NCBI GenBank assembly: GCA_051532035.1
Contig: JAOPTW010000006.1
Span: 64,001 to 128,000, forward strand
Origin: Fibrobacterales bacterium
GTDB lineage: Bacteria > Fibrobacterota > Fibrobacteria > Fibrobacterales > JAOPTW01
Direction: 5' to 3'
DNA: 64,000 bases
Each line of letters begins with the position of its first letter. Position 1 is the stretch's first letter. Shown one piece after another: positions 20,635 to 32,079 of the stretch. The notes beneath the pieces are model-generated. The model was given only the letters and a program-made list of their open reading frames with translations, had not been told where the DNA came from and made no database searches. Position numbers and translations under genes: made by a program.

Positions 20635-20985
20635 CTAATACTCATGTTGATGTTCTTGATGCTCCTGGTGATGGTGCTCTTCAGAAACCTCTTCTTGATC
20701 ACTGGCTGACTCATCAGAGTCTAGTTCGATTGAGTCCATTGCACTCAATAAGTATTCCAGCTTCTCAGATGCCTCATGTAGACGTCCATCTTTTTCACCG
20801 ACTTGCAAGTTTAGTTCTTCGAGTTCACCGTGTGCTCCGTTGAGCGATGCTTCGAGCTCTTCAACTCGTGACAGCAATTGGCGGTTCTTCTCGTGTAGGT
20901 CACCATTCTCACTTGACAGATTTCCAATAATTTCGAGTGCCTTTTCAACTTTACGTGAAACAACATCTAACTTTTGTATATCCAT
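20635..20985 (-). CDS. ZapB-like coiled-coil protein with His-rich tail
   Basis: Continuous coiled coil directly upstream of zapA. Confidence 0.6.
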   Translation of the reverse strand: MDIQKLDVVSRKVEKALEIIGNLSSENGDLHEKNRQLLSRVEELEASLNGAHGELEELNLQVGEKDGRLHEASEKLEYLLSAMDSIELDSDESASDQEEVSEEHHHQEHQEHQHEY

Positions 20986-21280
20986 GTACTCCTATCCTTC
21001 GTTAGCTATTTATAACATAATATAAAAAGATTCAGGGGCGTTACTGGTATATTTCCCAGAATTAAAAAAGTCTCGGGTCAAGGATTATTTTAATCAAATG
21101 TTCGATTACCCTATTTTGAACTTCGGCAAGGATTTATTTTAGTTTTTTAATTTTACAGACGCATGCCCTTCTCTCAGATGGATATCTACGACACGCTTGA
21201 AACTTCATTGAGAATCATACAATTTTTATTATCCTTTTTATACTACCCTAATTTCAACGACACCTTACCCCGGAGGCCCC

Positions 21281-22882
21281 ATGGATTTTAGTTATGAAGA
21301 ACTCCTTCAATTAAGCGAAGATACAACCGAATACCGCAAACTCACTGATGATTATATAAGTGAGTCTGAATTTGAAGGCCAAAAGATTTTAAAAATATCA
21401 AAAGAAGGCCTCACCTTCTTAATGGAACACGCATTTTATGACGCCTCATTTAAGCTCCGCACCTCTCACCTCGAAAAGGTAGCGGCCATCCTTGAAGACC
21501 CTGAGGCGAGTGACAACGATAAATTCGTTGCATCAAATATGCTTGAAAATTCTGCAATAGCGATACATGGCCTCCTTCCAACTTGCCAAGACACTGGCAC
21601 TGCAACAGTATATGGCATTAAAGGGCAGCGAGTGTGGACTGATGCCAATGATGCGAAACATATTTCTCACGGTATATTTAACTGCTTTCAAAAAAATAAC
21701 CTCCGTTATTCACAGGTGGTTCCTCTCGACATGTTTACAGAACAAAATTCGGGAACTAACCTCCCCGCACAAATTGATCTCCACGCAGAAAAGGGCAGCA
21801 CCTATAAGTTTCTCTGCATGGCCAAAGGGGGCGGCTCTGCAAACAAATCATACCTCTACCAACAGACAAAATCACTCTTAAATGAGAAAAGCTTTGAAGC
21901 ATTTATACTCGAAGCAATCAAAGGACTCGGTACTGCTGCCTGCCCTCCGTACCACCTCGCATTTGTAGTTGGAGGAAGCTCTGCCGACACCACAATGAAA
22001 ATGGTGAAACTTGCATCTGCAGGATATCTGGACAACCTCCCAACCTCCGGAAGTGAAAAAGGCCGCGCCTTTAGAGATACAGAGTGGGAGCATAAGATCA
22101 CAGAAATGTGCTATAAACTAGGAATAGGCGCTCAATTTGGCGGCAAATACTTCGTACATGATGTTAAGGTTATCCGTATGCATCGACACGCAGCGTCATG
22201 CCCTGTGGGCGTTGCGGTAAGCTGTAGTGCAGACCGTAATATAAAAGCAAAAATTACCCGAGACGGGATCTTTCTTGAAAAAATGGAAGAACAACCTGGC
22301 AGACTGTTAAAGGGTACACAGTTCACTATGAAACCTCCCGTTGAAATCGACCTAGACAAACCAATGGTTGAGATCTTAGAAGAACTCTCTAAACACCCTG
22401 TGAAAACGCGACTCTCCCTCTCGGGCACTATGATTGTTGCACGAGATAGTGCTCACGCCAAATTGAAAGAACTCCTTGATAGTGGTAAAGAGCTCCCTGA
22501 CTACTTTAAAAATCACCCAGTCTACTATGCAGGCCCCGCTAAAACCCCAGAAGGTATGGCAACAGGAAGCTTTGGCCCTACTACCGCCAATCGCATGGAC
22601 CCCTATGTAGATGCATTTCAAAAAGCGGGCGGCTCAATGATTATGGTAGCTAAAGGCAATCGATCCTTGCAAGTAACTGATGCCTGTAAAGAGAATGGAG
22701 GATTTTATCTCGGCTCTATTGGAGGTCCTGCCGCAATCCTCGCACAGAATAATATTTTAGAGGTCGACACCATTGATTTTGAAGAGCTTGGAATGGAAGC
22801 AGTTCGAAAAATCAAAATTAAGGATTTTCCTGCCTTTATCATTGTCGATGATAAAGGAAATGACTTTTTCGCCACAATCTAA
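21281..22882 (+). CDS. fumA: Fumarate hydratase class I (Fe-S)
   Basis: [35 protein letters not shown]. Confidence 0.95.
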   Translation: MDFSYEELLQLSEDTTEYRKLTDDYISESEFEGQKILKISKEGLTFLMEHAFYDASFKLRTSHLEKVAAILEDPEASDNDKFVASNMLENSAIAIHGLLPTCQDTGTATVYGIKGQRVWTDANDAKHISHGIFNCFQKNNLRYSQVVPLDMFTEQNSGTNLPAQIDLHAEKGSTYKFLCMAKGGGSANKSYLYQQTKSLLNEKSFEAFILEAIKGLGTAACPPYHLAFVVGGSSADTTMKMVKLASAGYLDNLPTSGSEKGRAFRDTEWEHKITEMCYKLGIGAQFGGKYFVHDVKVIRMHRHAASCPVGVAVSCSADRNIKAKITRDGIFLEKMEEQPGRLLKGTQFTMKPPVEIDLDKPMVEILEELSKHPVKTRLSLSGTMIVARDSAHAKLKELLDSGKELPDYFKNHPVYYAGPAKTPEGMATGSFGPTTANRMDPYVDAFQKAGGSMIMVAKGNRSLQVTDACKENGGFYLGSIGGPAAILAQNNILEVDTIDFEELGMEAVRKIKIKDFPAFIIVDDKGNDFFATI

Positions 22883-22921
22883 AGCAAAACACAATCCACA
22901 ACAACACTCTTTACTTCATAC

Positions 22922-22948
22922 AAAAAAGGCTCATCTGGGGCCTTTTTT
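22922..22948 (+). terminator. Intrinsic terminator
   Basis: AAAAAAGGCTC-atctg-GGGCCTTTTTT. Confidence 0.7.
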
Positions 22949-23006
22949 GTATATATCACACATTTCTCACCCAGATATCTTGAAATGTATTTCAATTGAA
23001 TACTGT

Positions 23007-23330
23007 TTATCAACAGTAAGACTATTTTTGCAATCTATTAACACTAAATATGAATAGAATGACTCCCGTTAACTATTTGATTAAACAAAATTTTTACCAA
23101 CGCATTTAGTATTTATCAACGAATATTCCAACATACAATATATGGTATCAACAAAGACATTTAACAACTAAATATGGGTTATCTCTATTTAACCCTTATT
23201 CTACTAAGGCTTAAAGAAGTCTAAACTTTTTACCCTAATTTTATCAACACTGTGTTAACAAATACCACCCCTGTGCCGCAAATAACACAAATATTTTTGG
23301 CCATTTTGACAAGTCCACAAACTATCAACA
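23007..23330 (+). repeat. Cluster of co-oriented TATCAAC(A) motifs resembling DnaA boxes
   Basis: TTATCAACA 23007, TTATCAACG 23113, GTATCAACA 23145, TTATCAACA 23241, CTATCAACA 23322, in an AT-rich intergenic region. Confidence 0.55.
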
Positions 23331-23562
23331 ATTGAAGAGCCACAAATCAGACTTCTTACAATCCAATACTCACAAACCTTTCCCCAAGTGACACAATTGA
23401 AAATTCAGCATTTAGAGACCTGAACAGACTGTCAATACATGATCATAGCCGCTTAAAAAATCGTACATTCATCACTCTCCCTATAGAGTTAATTACCGCT
23501 TTCAACGCCCCTTTTCTATCTTTCCCCCAAAACAAACCACCTTTTCCCAATTGGAGGCCCCT

Positions 23563-25398
23563 GTGCCTGATTATAGATCGAAGAAATCGACCCATGGACG
23601 TAATATGGCTGGCGCTCGCTCATTGTGGCGCGCTACCGGTATGAAAGATGATGATTTTGGCAAACCAATCATAGCGATTGCTAACTCATTCACTCAGTTT
23701 GTACCTGGACATGTTCACTTAAAAGATCTTGGTCAGCTCGTAGCACGGGAAATTGAAAAAGCAGGTGGTGTTGCAAAAGAGTTTAACACCATTGCCATTG
23801 ATGACGGCATCGCAATGGGCCACGAAGGCATGCTCTATAGCCTCCCTTCACGTGAGCTTATCGCCGACTCTGTTGAGTATATGTGTAATGCCCACTGTGC
23901 AGATGCAATTGTGTGCATCTCTAACTGTGACAAAATCACTCCCGGTATGCTCCTTGCGTCAATGCGCCTTAATATCCCTGTAATATTTGTATCGGGTGGC
24001 CCAATGGAAGCAGGCAAAGCAGTGATTGATGGTAAAGAAGTGCACCTTGACCTTGTTGATGCAATGGTTAAAGCTGCCGATGATTCAGTCTCTGATGCCG
24101 ATGTTAAAACTATTGAAGAGAATGCTTGCCCAACTTGTGGATCATGTTCAGGTATGTTTACTGCAAACTCTATGAACTGCCTTACTGAAGCGCTCGGCCT
24201 TGCACTCCCTGGTAATGGAACCATTGTAGCGACCCATGCTGCACGAGAAGAGCTCTTTTTACAAGCGGCACGCACTATTGTTGCCAACTGTAAAAAATAC
24301 TATGAGCAGGATGATACGTCGGTACTTCCGCGCTCTATTGCCAACTTCAATGCATTTGAAAATGCTATGCGCCTTGATATTGCTATGGGTGGCTCTACTA
24401 ATACGGTACTCCACCTTCTTGCCATTGCGCAAGAAGCGGAAGTTGACTTTACCATGCAAGACATGAACCGCCTCTCACTTGAGACCCCGTGCCTCTGTAA
24501 AGTTGCACCAAACACCGAAAAATACCACATTGAAGATGTCCACCGCGCTGGTGGCATCATGAGTATCCTTGCGGAACTCAGAAAAGGCGGTCTTTGGAAT
24601 GAAGGATGCTTCTGTGTACACGAAAAAACTCTTGATATAGCGATTGAAAAATGGGATGTAACCAACAACCCTGAAAGTGCTGTAACTGACATGTACAAAG
24701 CAGCACCTGGCAACAAACCAAACCTCATTGCCTTCTCTCAAAATGAACGATATACTGACCTCGACCTTGACCGTACTGAAGGATGCATACGTTCAGTAGA
24801 AGGTGCCTATACTAAAGACGGTGGTCTCGCTGTTCTCTATGGGAATATTGCCCTTGATGGCTGTATCGTTAAAACTGCCGGCGTTGATGAGTCGTGCTGG
24901 GTATTTGATGGTAAAGCCCGTATATTCGAATCTCAAGATGATGCTATTGAAGGCATCCTCAGTGGATCAGTTGGTGCCGGTGACTGCGTAATCATTCGCT
25001 ATGAAGGCCCTAAAGGCGGACCCGGCATGCAAGAGATGCTCTACCCAACCTCATACCTTAAATCACGAGGCCTTGGCAAAGAATGTGCACTCCTTACTGA
25101 TGGACGCTTCTCTGGAGGAACGTCTGGACTCTCTATTGGACATGCTTCACCAGAAGCTGCTGAAGGCGGAAACATCGGTCTTGTTGAAGAGGGTGATATC
25201 ATTAAAATCAATATTCCAAAAAGAACTATCTCTATGGATGTGAGTGATGATGAACTTGCAAAACGTAGAGCCACTATGGAAGCGAAAGGTGCAACCGCGT
25301 GGAAACCTAATCGTGACCGACACGTATCTACAGCACTCAGAGCTTATGCGGCGATGACGACCTCTGCTGATAAAGGCGCAGTGAGAAGGCTTCCATAA
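23563..25398 (+). CDS. ilvD: Dihydroxy-acid dehydratase
   Basis: [48 protein letters not shown] start follows GGAGG. Confidence 0.97.
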   Translation: MPDYRSKKSTHGRNMAGARSLWRATGMKDDDFGKPIIAIANSFTQFVPGHVHLKDLGQLVAREIEKAGGVAKEFNTIAIDDGIAMGHEGMLYSLPSRELIADSVEYMCNAHCADAIVCISNCDKITPGMLLASMRLNIPVIFVSGGPMEAGKAVIDGKEVHLDLVDAMVKAADDSVSDADVKTIEENACPTCGSCSGMFTANSMNCLTEALGLALPGNGTIVATHAAREELFLQAARTIVANCKKYYEQDDTSVLPRSIANFNAFENAMRLDIAMGGSTNTVLHLLAIAQEAEVDFTMQDMNRLSLETPCLCKVAPNTEKYHIEDVHRAGGIMSILAELRKGGLWNEGCFCVHEKTLDIAIEKWDVTNNPESAVTDMYKAAPGNKPNLIAFSQNERYTDLDLDRTEGCIRSVEGAYTKDGGLAVLYGNIALDGCIVKTAGVDESCWVFDGKARIFESQDDAIEGILSGSVGAGDCVIIRYEGPKGGPGMQEMLYPTSYLKSRGLGKECALLTDGRFSGGTSGLSIGHASPEAAEGGNIGLVEEGDIIKINIPKRTISMDVSDDELAKRRATMEAKGATAWKPNRDRHVSTALRAYAAMTTSADKGAVRRLP

Positions 25399-25420
25399 AG
25401 CAAAATAGTAATAACTCTTT

Positions 25421-25446
25421 AAGCCCAGTCTTTACTGGGCTTTTTT
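25421..25446 (+). terminator. Intrinsic terminator
   Basis: AAGCCCAGT-cttt-ACTGGGCTTTTTT. Confidence 0.8.
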
Positions 25447-25487
25447 AATACCCGTAGCAAGCTACCAATAGGAATAGGCACATACAT

Positions 25488-26039
25488 ATGGCACCGAAAA
25501 GCAGAGACCACCTCCTCCTCCCCTTTCAGATTGTCACCATTATTTGGGCGGTCTTTATTATTGATGCCGTTCTTCCCGGAACCTTCAATCACTTTGGGAT
25601 TTTACCGCGCACCCAATGGGGGCTCATTGGCGTGATTGCATCTCCTTTTCTTCATGGATCACTTTCACATATAACCAGCAATACCGTGCCACTCATGATA
25701 CTCACTGGTGTCACTGCACTCTTTTATCACCGGAAAACGTTTGGAATTTTGCTTTCGATCACCATTATTAGTGGCCTACTGGTCTGGGCCTTTGGCCGAC
25801 CTTCTTATCATATTGGTGCGAGTAGTGTTATTTTTGGATTGATTGGGTTTCTTATTTCCTTTGGGCTCTTCCATCGGAAATTTATTCCACTCATTATTTC
25901 GGCACTGATAGGGCTTACCTTTGGAGCCACCCTACTCGTGGGTATTCTTCCCAATCAACCAGGGGTATCGTGGGAAGGCCATCTTTTTGGTGCAGTAGCA
26001 GGGGCTATAACCGCCCGCTATCTCGCAAAAAAATCATAA
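25488..26039 (+). CDS. Rhomboid family intramembrane serine protease
   Basis: PFLHGSLSHITSN, IGASS, SWEGHLFG. Confidence 0.88.
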   Translation: MAPKSRDHLLLPFQIVTIIWAVFIIDAVLPGTFNHFGILPRTQWGLIGVIASPFLHGSLSHITSNTVPLMILTGVTALFYHRKTFGILLSITIISGLLVWAFGRPSYHIGASSVIFGLIGFLISFGLFHRKFIPLIISALIGLTFGATLLVGILPNQPGVSWEGHLFGAVAGAITARYLAKKS

Positions 26040-26046
26040 TCGGCTC

Positions 26047-26955
26047 TTAGAACGCCACCTGTAAACCAAAACTTGGTATGATGGTTACTCCATCCATTTC
26101 GACAGTATCATTATTGAGTACCGCGAACTCTCCATAATCTTGATTATAAATACTGAGCGAGAGAACAAGGAAAACGTGCTTATAGCCTGCCTTTACATTA
26201 ACAAATGGGCCATAGGAAACAAAGCCACTCTCTTGTTCTGGAATAGGGTCAAGAGACTTGGTAATACTCTCTTCCGAATCATCTTCAGCCATTTTAATAA
26301 TACCTACTGAACCAAACCGCTTAAAGCCATAAGTTAGGGATGTGTAATTCATAGCCAAACCATAGTTGATTGAACCATATTTCTCATCTGGGCCTAAGGA
26401 ATTACCAAACACTAAGCGCCCAAGAATATCATATCGTGAGAACTCATATCCGAGTATAGATTGCACTTTGCCTGCAATAGAAGGAAGATCATAATCCTGA
26501 GATGAATACTGGAGGCCAAAGGAGCCATACATATCATCTTTCGTCTCTGAACCGATACCTGCAGTAGAGCCCATAAATTGGTACTGCATATCATACACTT
26601 TTACACCACCCGCATAAGTAAAGCCAAGGTCAAATCCGTTGAATAGACCATAGCGAACATAAAACCCTGTCCCCATTGAAATAGGGTCCACAGATTGTGC
26701 AACAACTAACTCTGACAAATCATGAAGACGATCACGCTCAACATTATTAGTATCCGAATCAAGTTCACCTACAGCATTTTTCATCTCACCGGTGACAACA
26801 CCAATAGTATTCAATGGAATATTTGGTGACATATCAATACCCACTTTAAAGTCACCTTTGGAGGTCACTTTTGCAGACTGGCTATTATATCGTGGGGCTG
26901 CACATTGGGTAAGTAACAGTGTTAAAGACAATAGCACTAGTTGTTTAAAAAACAC
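26047..26955 (-). CDS. Hypothetical lipoprotein / outer-membrane beta-barrel-like protein
   Basis: Lipobox-like LTQC, alternating beta strands, C-terminal Phe (FGLQVAF). Confidence 0.55.
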   Translation of the reverse strand: MFFKQLVLLSLTLLLTQCAAPRYNSQSAKVTSKGDFKVGIDMSPNIPLNTIGVVTGEMKNAVGELDSDTNNVERDRLHDLSELVVAQSVDPISMGTGFYVRYGLFNGFDLGFTYAGGVKVYDMQYQFMGSTAGIGSETKDDMYGSFGLQYSSQDYDLPSIAGKVQSILGYEFSRYDILGRLVFGNSLGPDEKYGSINYGLAMNYTSLTYGFKRFGSVGIIKMAEDDSEESITKSLDPIPEQESGFVSYGPFVNVKAGYKHVFLVLSLSIYNQDYGEFAVLNNDTVEMDGVTIIPSFGLQVAF

Positions 26956-27127
26956 AAAATCTCCTTATTAAATTCAATGGAAAAGTAGGAAAAATATCAT
27001 TCCTCTTCACCCCATACTATGCAAGTGTGATATACCGCACACTATACCGTACAATTATACTCTGACGCTCTCCCCTTTTATCCAAATCATTCTATTATAG
27101 TACCAGACCTTCGAGCAACCGCCCCTC

Positions 27128-28360
27128 ATGATACATCTTGCCCTCAATCACGCCACCCCCCATTACGCAGAGATTATTTCGATCATTCTCAACGGTGACC
27201 GAACGCTTTTCCCTTTTATTCCAGAGGGAGTGGGGGCCTACTTTTCGAATACAACCCTTGAGCACTGTATTGAAAATGAAGCGCTCTATGATCAGTTTAC
27301 CTTAACCGGCTCTTCAAAGAGATCAGTCTTAACCTACTCGAGTGGCGAAAGGAAAAAAGCACTCCTAAACCACCTCCTCAGCAAATCACCCAACTATCTG
27401 ATTGCCGAAAACCCTTTTGACGCCCTTGACCAAGAGAGCGTTACTGAACTCACTAATCGACTGATTGAGCTCTCACACACCATACCCATTATCCAAATAT
27501 TTAATCGCACTAGTGAGCTCCTTCCCATTATAACCCATAGTATTGTGGTATCAGAAAAAGGGCCACAGCTGGTGCCCATTGCAGAGCATAGAGCCGATTT
27601 TCATACCACTCCTCCTTACACATTACATGAACTCCTTCCACAGCCCCTCATGGAACCACCACAAGTCCCCCATGAGTTAGTAAACTGCATAAATGTCTCT
27701 GTCTCACATCTCGACAAGCCCATTCTCAGTGACATTAATTGGACCATAAAGAAAGGTGAATTTTGGCAACTCAAAGGCCCCAATGGGTCGGGTAAAACAA
27801 CCCTCCTTACCATGATTACTGGGGACAATCCAAAAGGGTACCGACAAGAACTCTATCTTTTTGGCAACAAACGTGGTAGTGGGGAGAGTGTCTGGGATAT
27901 CAAACAGAATATTGGTTACTTTACCCCACCAATGATGGACCGCTTTAATACCCATCATACAGTATTAGAAATGGCACTCTCGGGGCTAAAGGACACTATT
28001 GGCCTCTATGTTAAAGCATCACGGGTCGAGGTTATTCTCGGTAGAGAGTGGCTCACACTGGTTGGCCTCTTTGATAGGCGCAATGACCGCTTTAAAGACC
28101 TATCTGAGGTAGAAAGACGTATTGTACTTATTATTCGTGCAATGATCAAACACCCACCCCTCCTTATTTTAGATGAGCCTTCGATGGGGCTTGATGACTA
28201 TAGTACCAGTATCCTCTCGGCTCTGGTTAATAAAATTTCAGAGGAAAGCACAACCACAATCCTGTATGTCTCTCATCGAAATGACCCTGGGCTCAATCCT
28301 CGCGCCATATATTGCCTCACCCCCTCTGACACAGGTTCAACCGGAAAAGTAGCCAATTGA
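27128..28360 (+). CDS. ModF-like ABC ATP-binding protein (degenerate N-terminal, intact C-terminal domain)
   Basis: YSSGE..ENPFDALD, then GPNGSGKTT, LILDEP, VSH; LFGNKRGSGESVWDIK is typical of ModF-like proteins. Confidence 0.8.
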   Translation: MIHLALNHATPHYAEIISIILNGDRTLFPFIPEGVGAYFSNTTLEHCIENEALYDQFTLTGSSKRSVLTYSSGERKKALLNHLLSKSPNYLIAENPFDALDQESVTELTNRLIELSHTIPIIQIFNRTSELLPIITHSIVVSEKGPQLVPIAEHRADFHTTPPYTLHELLPQPLMEPPQVPHELVNCINVSVSHLDKPILSDINWTIKKGEFWQLKGPNGSGKTTLLTMITGDNPKGYRQELYLFGNKRGSGESVWDIKQNIGYFTPPMMDRFNTHHTVLEMALSGLKDTIGLYVKASRVEVILGREWLTLVGLFDRRNDRFKDLSEVERRIVLIIRAMIKHPPLLILDEPSMGLDDYSTSILSALVNKISEESTTTILYVSHRNDPGLNPRAIYCLTPSDTGSTGKVAN

Positions 28361-28887
28361 TGTCGGGAGAGAAACAGTGGGAATATCAAACCAGCGAAAA
28401 TAATCGACAGCGCTTTACCATTGGTGAAAAAGGTAAACACACTCTTGTCTGTATTGGCATTAATCCAAGTACTGCCGCCCCTGGCAAGCTCGACAACACC
28501 ATGCGTGCAGTTAAAAACAGGTCAGCGGCACTCGGGTATGATTCGTGGATTATGATTAACGTATACCCTCAACGGGCCACCAACCCAGACACCATTCATA
28601 AAAACCTCCATAGAGATATTCACTTAGAGAACATTAGAGTTATCAAAGAACTGTTTAAAAATAAGGCGTATGATGTATGGGCAGCCTGGGGAACGCTTAT
28701 AGAGAAACGCCCCTTTTTAATGCCTTGTTTTCTTGATATCGTTAAAACTATCAATCCAAAATCACAATGGATTACTATTGGTGCCCTTTCTAAAAAAGGC
28801 CACCCTCACCATCCACTCTATCTCAGAAACAGCCTCCCTCTCGATACCTTTGACATTACAACTTACTGCCACCTACTAAAAAACTAA
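28357..28887 (+). CDS. DUF1643 domain protein
   Basis: IGINPSTA, NVYPQRATNP, WAAWG, HPHHPLY. Confidence 0.8.
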   Translation: MMSGEKQWEYQTSENNRQRFTIGEKGKHTLVCIGINPSTAAPGKLDNTMRAVKNRSAALGYDSWIMINVYPQRATNPDTIHKNLHRDIHLENIRVIKELFKNKAYDVWAAWGTLIEKRPFLMPCFLDIVKTINPKSQWITIGALSKKGHPHHPLYLRNSLPLDTFDITTYCHLLKN

Positions 28888-28892
28888 AAGCA

Positions 28893-30074
28893 TTACAGTG
28901 AATAGCTGATTGCGGCACTCGCCTTATTCGCCTTAGCGCGCGCATCATCAGTTGAAGTACCGAGCGCAAGAGTCACACCCATTCTCCGTTCACCATCAAC
29001 TTCTGGCTTTCCAAAAAGGCGAAGTTGAGTATCCGGATCTTGAAGAGCTGCCTCCATTCCTGTAAAACTTACTTTGTCAGAAGTCCCTTCTACCAAAATC
29101 ACACTCGAAGCTGCTGGAGCATACTGTATAATATTAGGAATAGGGAGTCCAAGAATGGCACGAACATGGAGTGCAAACTCAGATAAATTTTGAGAGATCA
29201 TGGTCACCATACCAGTATCGTGTGGGCGAGGTGAAAGTTCAGAAAAATAAACCGTATCACCTTTAATAAAATATTCCACCCCAAAAATACCGCGACCACC
29301 CAATGCCTCAACCACAAGTTTTGCCATACGCTGCGCTTCTGCAAGTGCTTTTTCTGACATAATCTGTGGCTGCCACGACTCTTGATAATCGCCGCCCTCT
29401 TGACGGTGCCCTATTGGTGCGCAGTACGACACACCATCTTTATGACTAATAGTGAGCAATGTAATTTCATAATCAAAATCGACAAATCCTTCGATGATCA
29501 CTCTATCAGAACCACCACGACCACCTTCAATAGCATAACCCCATGCCGCGTCAACATCTGCCTCACTCTTTAGGGTACTCTGACCTTTACCTGAAGAGCT
29601 CATTATTGGTTTAATCACACAAGGAAAGCCAATTTCTTTCACTGCAGCCAGATACTCTTCTTTGGTACCGGCAAATTTATAAGGAGAAGTAGTCAGCCCC
29701 AACTCTTCTGCGGCAAGGCTCCTGATCCCTTCACGGTTCATTGTAAGGAGCGTTGCTTTAGCAGTAGGAATAACATTAAATCCCTCTTTCTCGAGTTCTA
29801 CCAACAAGTCCGTTGCAATTGCCTCCACTTCGGGAACAATATAATCGGGCTGTTCTTTGGTAATAACCGCTCTGAGCGCTTCAGCATCGAGCATTGAGAT
29901 AGTATAGGCTTTATGAGCCACCTGCATTGCGGGGGCATTTTCATACCGATCTACAGCAATTACTTCAACACCATATCGCTGAAGTTCTATCACGACCTCT
30001 TTACCCAGTTCGCCTGAGCCAAGCATCATAACTTTAGTTGCCGATTGTGAGAGAGGAGTTCCAAGAGTGAGCAT
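28893..30074 (-). CDS. purT: Formate-dependent GAR transformylase
   Basis: [43 protein letters not shown]. Confidence 0.97.
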   Translation of the reverse strand: MLTLGTPLSQSATKVMMLGSGELGKEVVIELQRYGVEVIAVDRYENAPAMQVAHKAYTISMLDAEALRAVITKEQPDYIVPEVEAIATDLLVELEKEGFNVIPTAKATLLTMNREGIRSLAAEELGLTTSPYKFAGTKEEYLAAVKEIGFPCVIKPIMSSSGKGQSTLKSEADVDAAWGYAIEGGRGGSDRVIIEGFVDFDYEITLLTISHKDGVSYCAPIGHRQEGGDYQESWQPQIMSEKALAEAQRMAKLVVEALGGRGIFGVEYFIKGDTVYFSELSPRPHDTGMVTMISQNLSEFALHVRAILGLPIPNIIQYAPAASSVILVEGTSDKVSFTGMEAALQDPDTQLRLFGKPEVDGERRMGVTLALGTSTDDARAKANKASAAISYSL

Positions 30075-30291
30075 CGCGTACCTTATACTGTTGATAATTT
30101 GTGTCGCAAAATATAGGAAATTTTTCTACTGCTCTATTGCTAGATAGGTTGTTTTTGTCAATATCCCCCTCAGTTATCCAGCCCACATTATACGAAATAA
30201 ATGGATCTAACTTGGTCTAAATTACCATTTTTCGTACTGTAATAATTCAAAATGTGATACATTATACCCATATAACAAACCGCAAAAGATT

Positions 30292-31494
30292 ATGGATCTC
30301 TCAATATCAAAGACAGAACTCTGGGAACAGATTTGCAATGAGTACGACATAGCTCACAACCCATTAAAAGGGGTGCTCGAAGAGAAGATGATCACCATTA
30401 AAAACCTTTTACGGAACAACGGCATTAAGTGCATCGGTAAGTATCGAGTCAAAAACCGAGAAAGCTATTTTTCTAAGCTACAAAAGATCTATGACAACAA
30501 AGAGACTGAACTCCTCTCAGACCTTCTGGGCATAAGAATAGTGGCTCACTTTATGGAAGATGTCACTCATGCTGTCAATCTTATATCTGAACAATTTGAG
30601 GTCATCGAAACTGAAGTAAAAAGTGATCAGCTCTCCTTTAGGGAGTTCTCTTACGACTCAACCCATTTACTCATCACCCTCCCCGACACCTCCCTCCCTT
30701 TTATAACAGGGAATCAACGAGTTATTGAAATTCAGGTACGCACTACCCTTCAAGACGCATGGGCCGAGGTTGAACATGAGCTCATATATAAAAGCAATAT
30801 TCACTACCCCAACAAAATGATCAAGCGAAAAATGGCTTCGCTCAACGCATCGCTCACCCTCTCTGACATAATTTTTCAAGAGATACGGGACTATCAAAAT
30901 AACCTGATGGAGAACAAAGAGTCTCGCACTCAGTTAATGCATGAAAAAGCGTCACTCCTGAGTAAAGATGAATTCAACCTCCAAACGAAGAAAGAAGATA
31001 GCCCAACCAAACCCAACAAAGACAATAAAGAGTCCATTATTCATGAAGCTCTTCGCTGCCATAGTGCTGGTGATTACGATCAATCTATTTCACTCTACAC
31101 AAAAGCACTGGTACAAGACCTTGATGAACCCACTCTGTCGATTATCTATAATCATAGAGGCATGGCCTATTTTATGGAAGCGGAATACACCCTAGCCTTT
31201 AATGATTTCTCATTCTCACTTGCACACAACTCAGAAAACCACCGCACTTATACCAATCGAGGCATTATACACAAACTCTTTAAACGGTATGATGAAGCGA
31301 TTCAAGATTTCTTGACCTCCATTGAGCTCAATCACAATCAACCAGAGGTACTGCTCCACCTTGCCAAAACCTACCTCGAGGATGATCAACTCACCAATGC
31401 CCTCACTACGGTAAATCGCGCACAAAGCCTCGACCCAGCGCTTGATGAAGTACACCTTCTGCATCAACGCATCTCCAAAAAACTAATCCCTTAA
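30292..31494 (+). CDS. RelA/SpoT synthetase domain protein with C-terminal TPRs
   Basis: RVK..S..K, DLLGIRI, YDSTH, EIQVRT, WAEVEHELIYK; TPRs (YNHRGMAY, YTNRG). Confidence 0.85.
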   Translation: MDLSISKTELWEQICNEYDIAHNPLKGVLEEKMITIKNLLRNNGIKCIGKYRVKNRESYFSKLQKIYDNKETELLSDLLGIRIVAHFMEDVTHAVNLISEQFEVIETEVKSDQLSFREFSYDSTHLLITLPDTSLPFITGNQRVIEIQVRTTLQDAWAEVEHELIYKSNIHYPNKMIKRKMASLNASLTLSDIIFQEIRDYQNNLMENKESRTQLMHEKASLLSKDEFNLQTKKEDSPTKPNKDNKESIIHEALRCHSAGDYDQSISLYTKALVQDLDEPTLSIIYNHRGMAYFMEAEYTLAFNDFSFSLAHNSENHRTYTNRGIIHKLFKRYDEAIQDFLTSIELNHNQPEVLLHLAKTYLEDDQLTNALTTVNRAQSLDPALDEVHLLHQRISKKLIP

Positions 31495-31620
31495 GGAGCA
31501 GGGCATTGCTAAAAAAACAAAAACAACAGAGCATTAACCATACAGCTTTGATATTTCATAACCAACAGCCGCACTTCTTCTCAATTTGTTCGTATACTCT
31601 TCTATGACAAGGAGAATACT

Positions 31621-32064
31621 ATGAAAAACCTATTTTTAATAAGCGCCTTTGGATTACTATTCTTCGGCTGTAGTAGTAACGGGCCTATTCAAGCACCATC
31701 AACACAAACCATTGCACAAGGAGTGCTCGCCCCGTGCCCCAGTAGCCCTAATTGTGTAGGGAGCTTTGAAAAGCAAACCGATGAACACTATATTGCCCCC
31801 CTTACCACGACTCTTGCGCCAGAAAAAATACTTGAAGAGCTCAAATCAATTATTAGCACGCAATCTAGAACAAATATAATCCAGACGAACACTAACTATC
31901 TTTATACAACCTACACATCACTGCTTCTTCGGTTTGTGGATGATGTTGAGTTCCTTATTATAAATGACACCATTCACATACGGTCAGCATCTCGCACCGG
32001 ATACTCTGATTTAGGCATTAATAGAGAGCGCATTGAACATTTGCGCACACTCCTTAATCCCTGA
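31621..32064 (+). CDS. DUF1499 lipoprotein
   Basis: Lipobox FGC, CPSSPNCV, FVDDVEF, RSASRTGYSDLGINRER. Confidence 0.85.
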   Translation: MKNLFLISAFGLLFFGCSSNGPIQAPSTQTIAQGVLAPCPSSPNCVGSFEKQTDEHYIAPLTTTLAPEKILEELKSIISTQSRTNIIQTNTNYLYTTYTSLLLRFVDDVEFLIINDTIHIRSASRTGYSDLGINRERIEHLRTLLNP

Positions 32065-32079
32065 TAATATAGAGCACCT

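Noticed and set aside
22883..23562. oriC, or an ilv attenuator leader, in the long fumA-ilvD gap
   Set aside because: No evident GC-skew switch in spot checks and no replication genes nearby. No Ile/Leu/Val-rich leader ORF with a terminator was seen. Kept only as a motif cluster.
23753..25274. Many 60-150 aa alternative-frame and antisense ORFs (here and throughout the window)
   Set aside because: They lie within well-supported genes and have no recognisable motifs or RBS; treated as shadow ORFs.
27128..27600. Degenerate first ABC domain as a pseudogene
   Set aside because: The ORF is continuous, and an eroded N-terminal domain is usual in ModF-like proteins.
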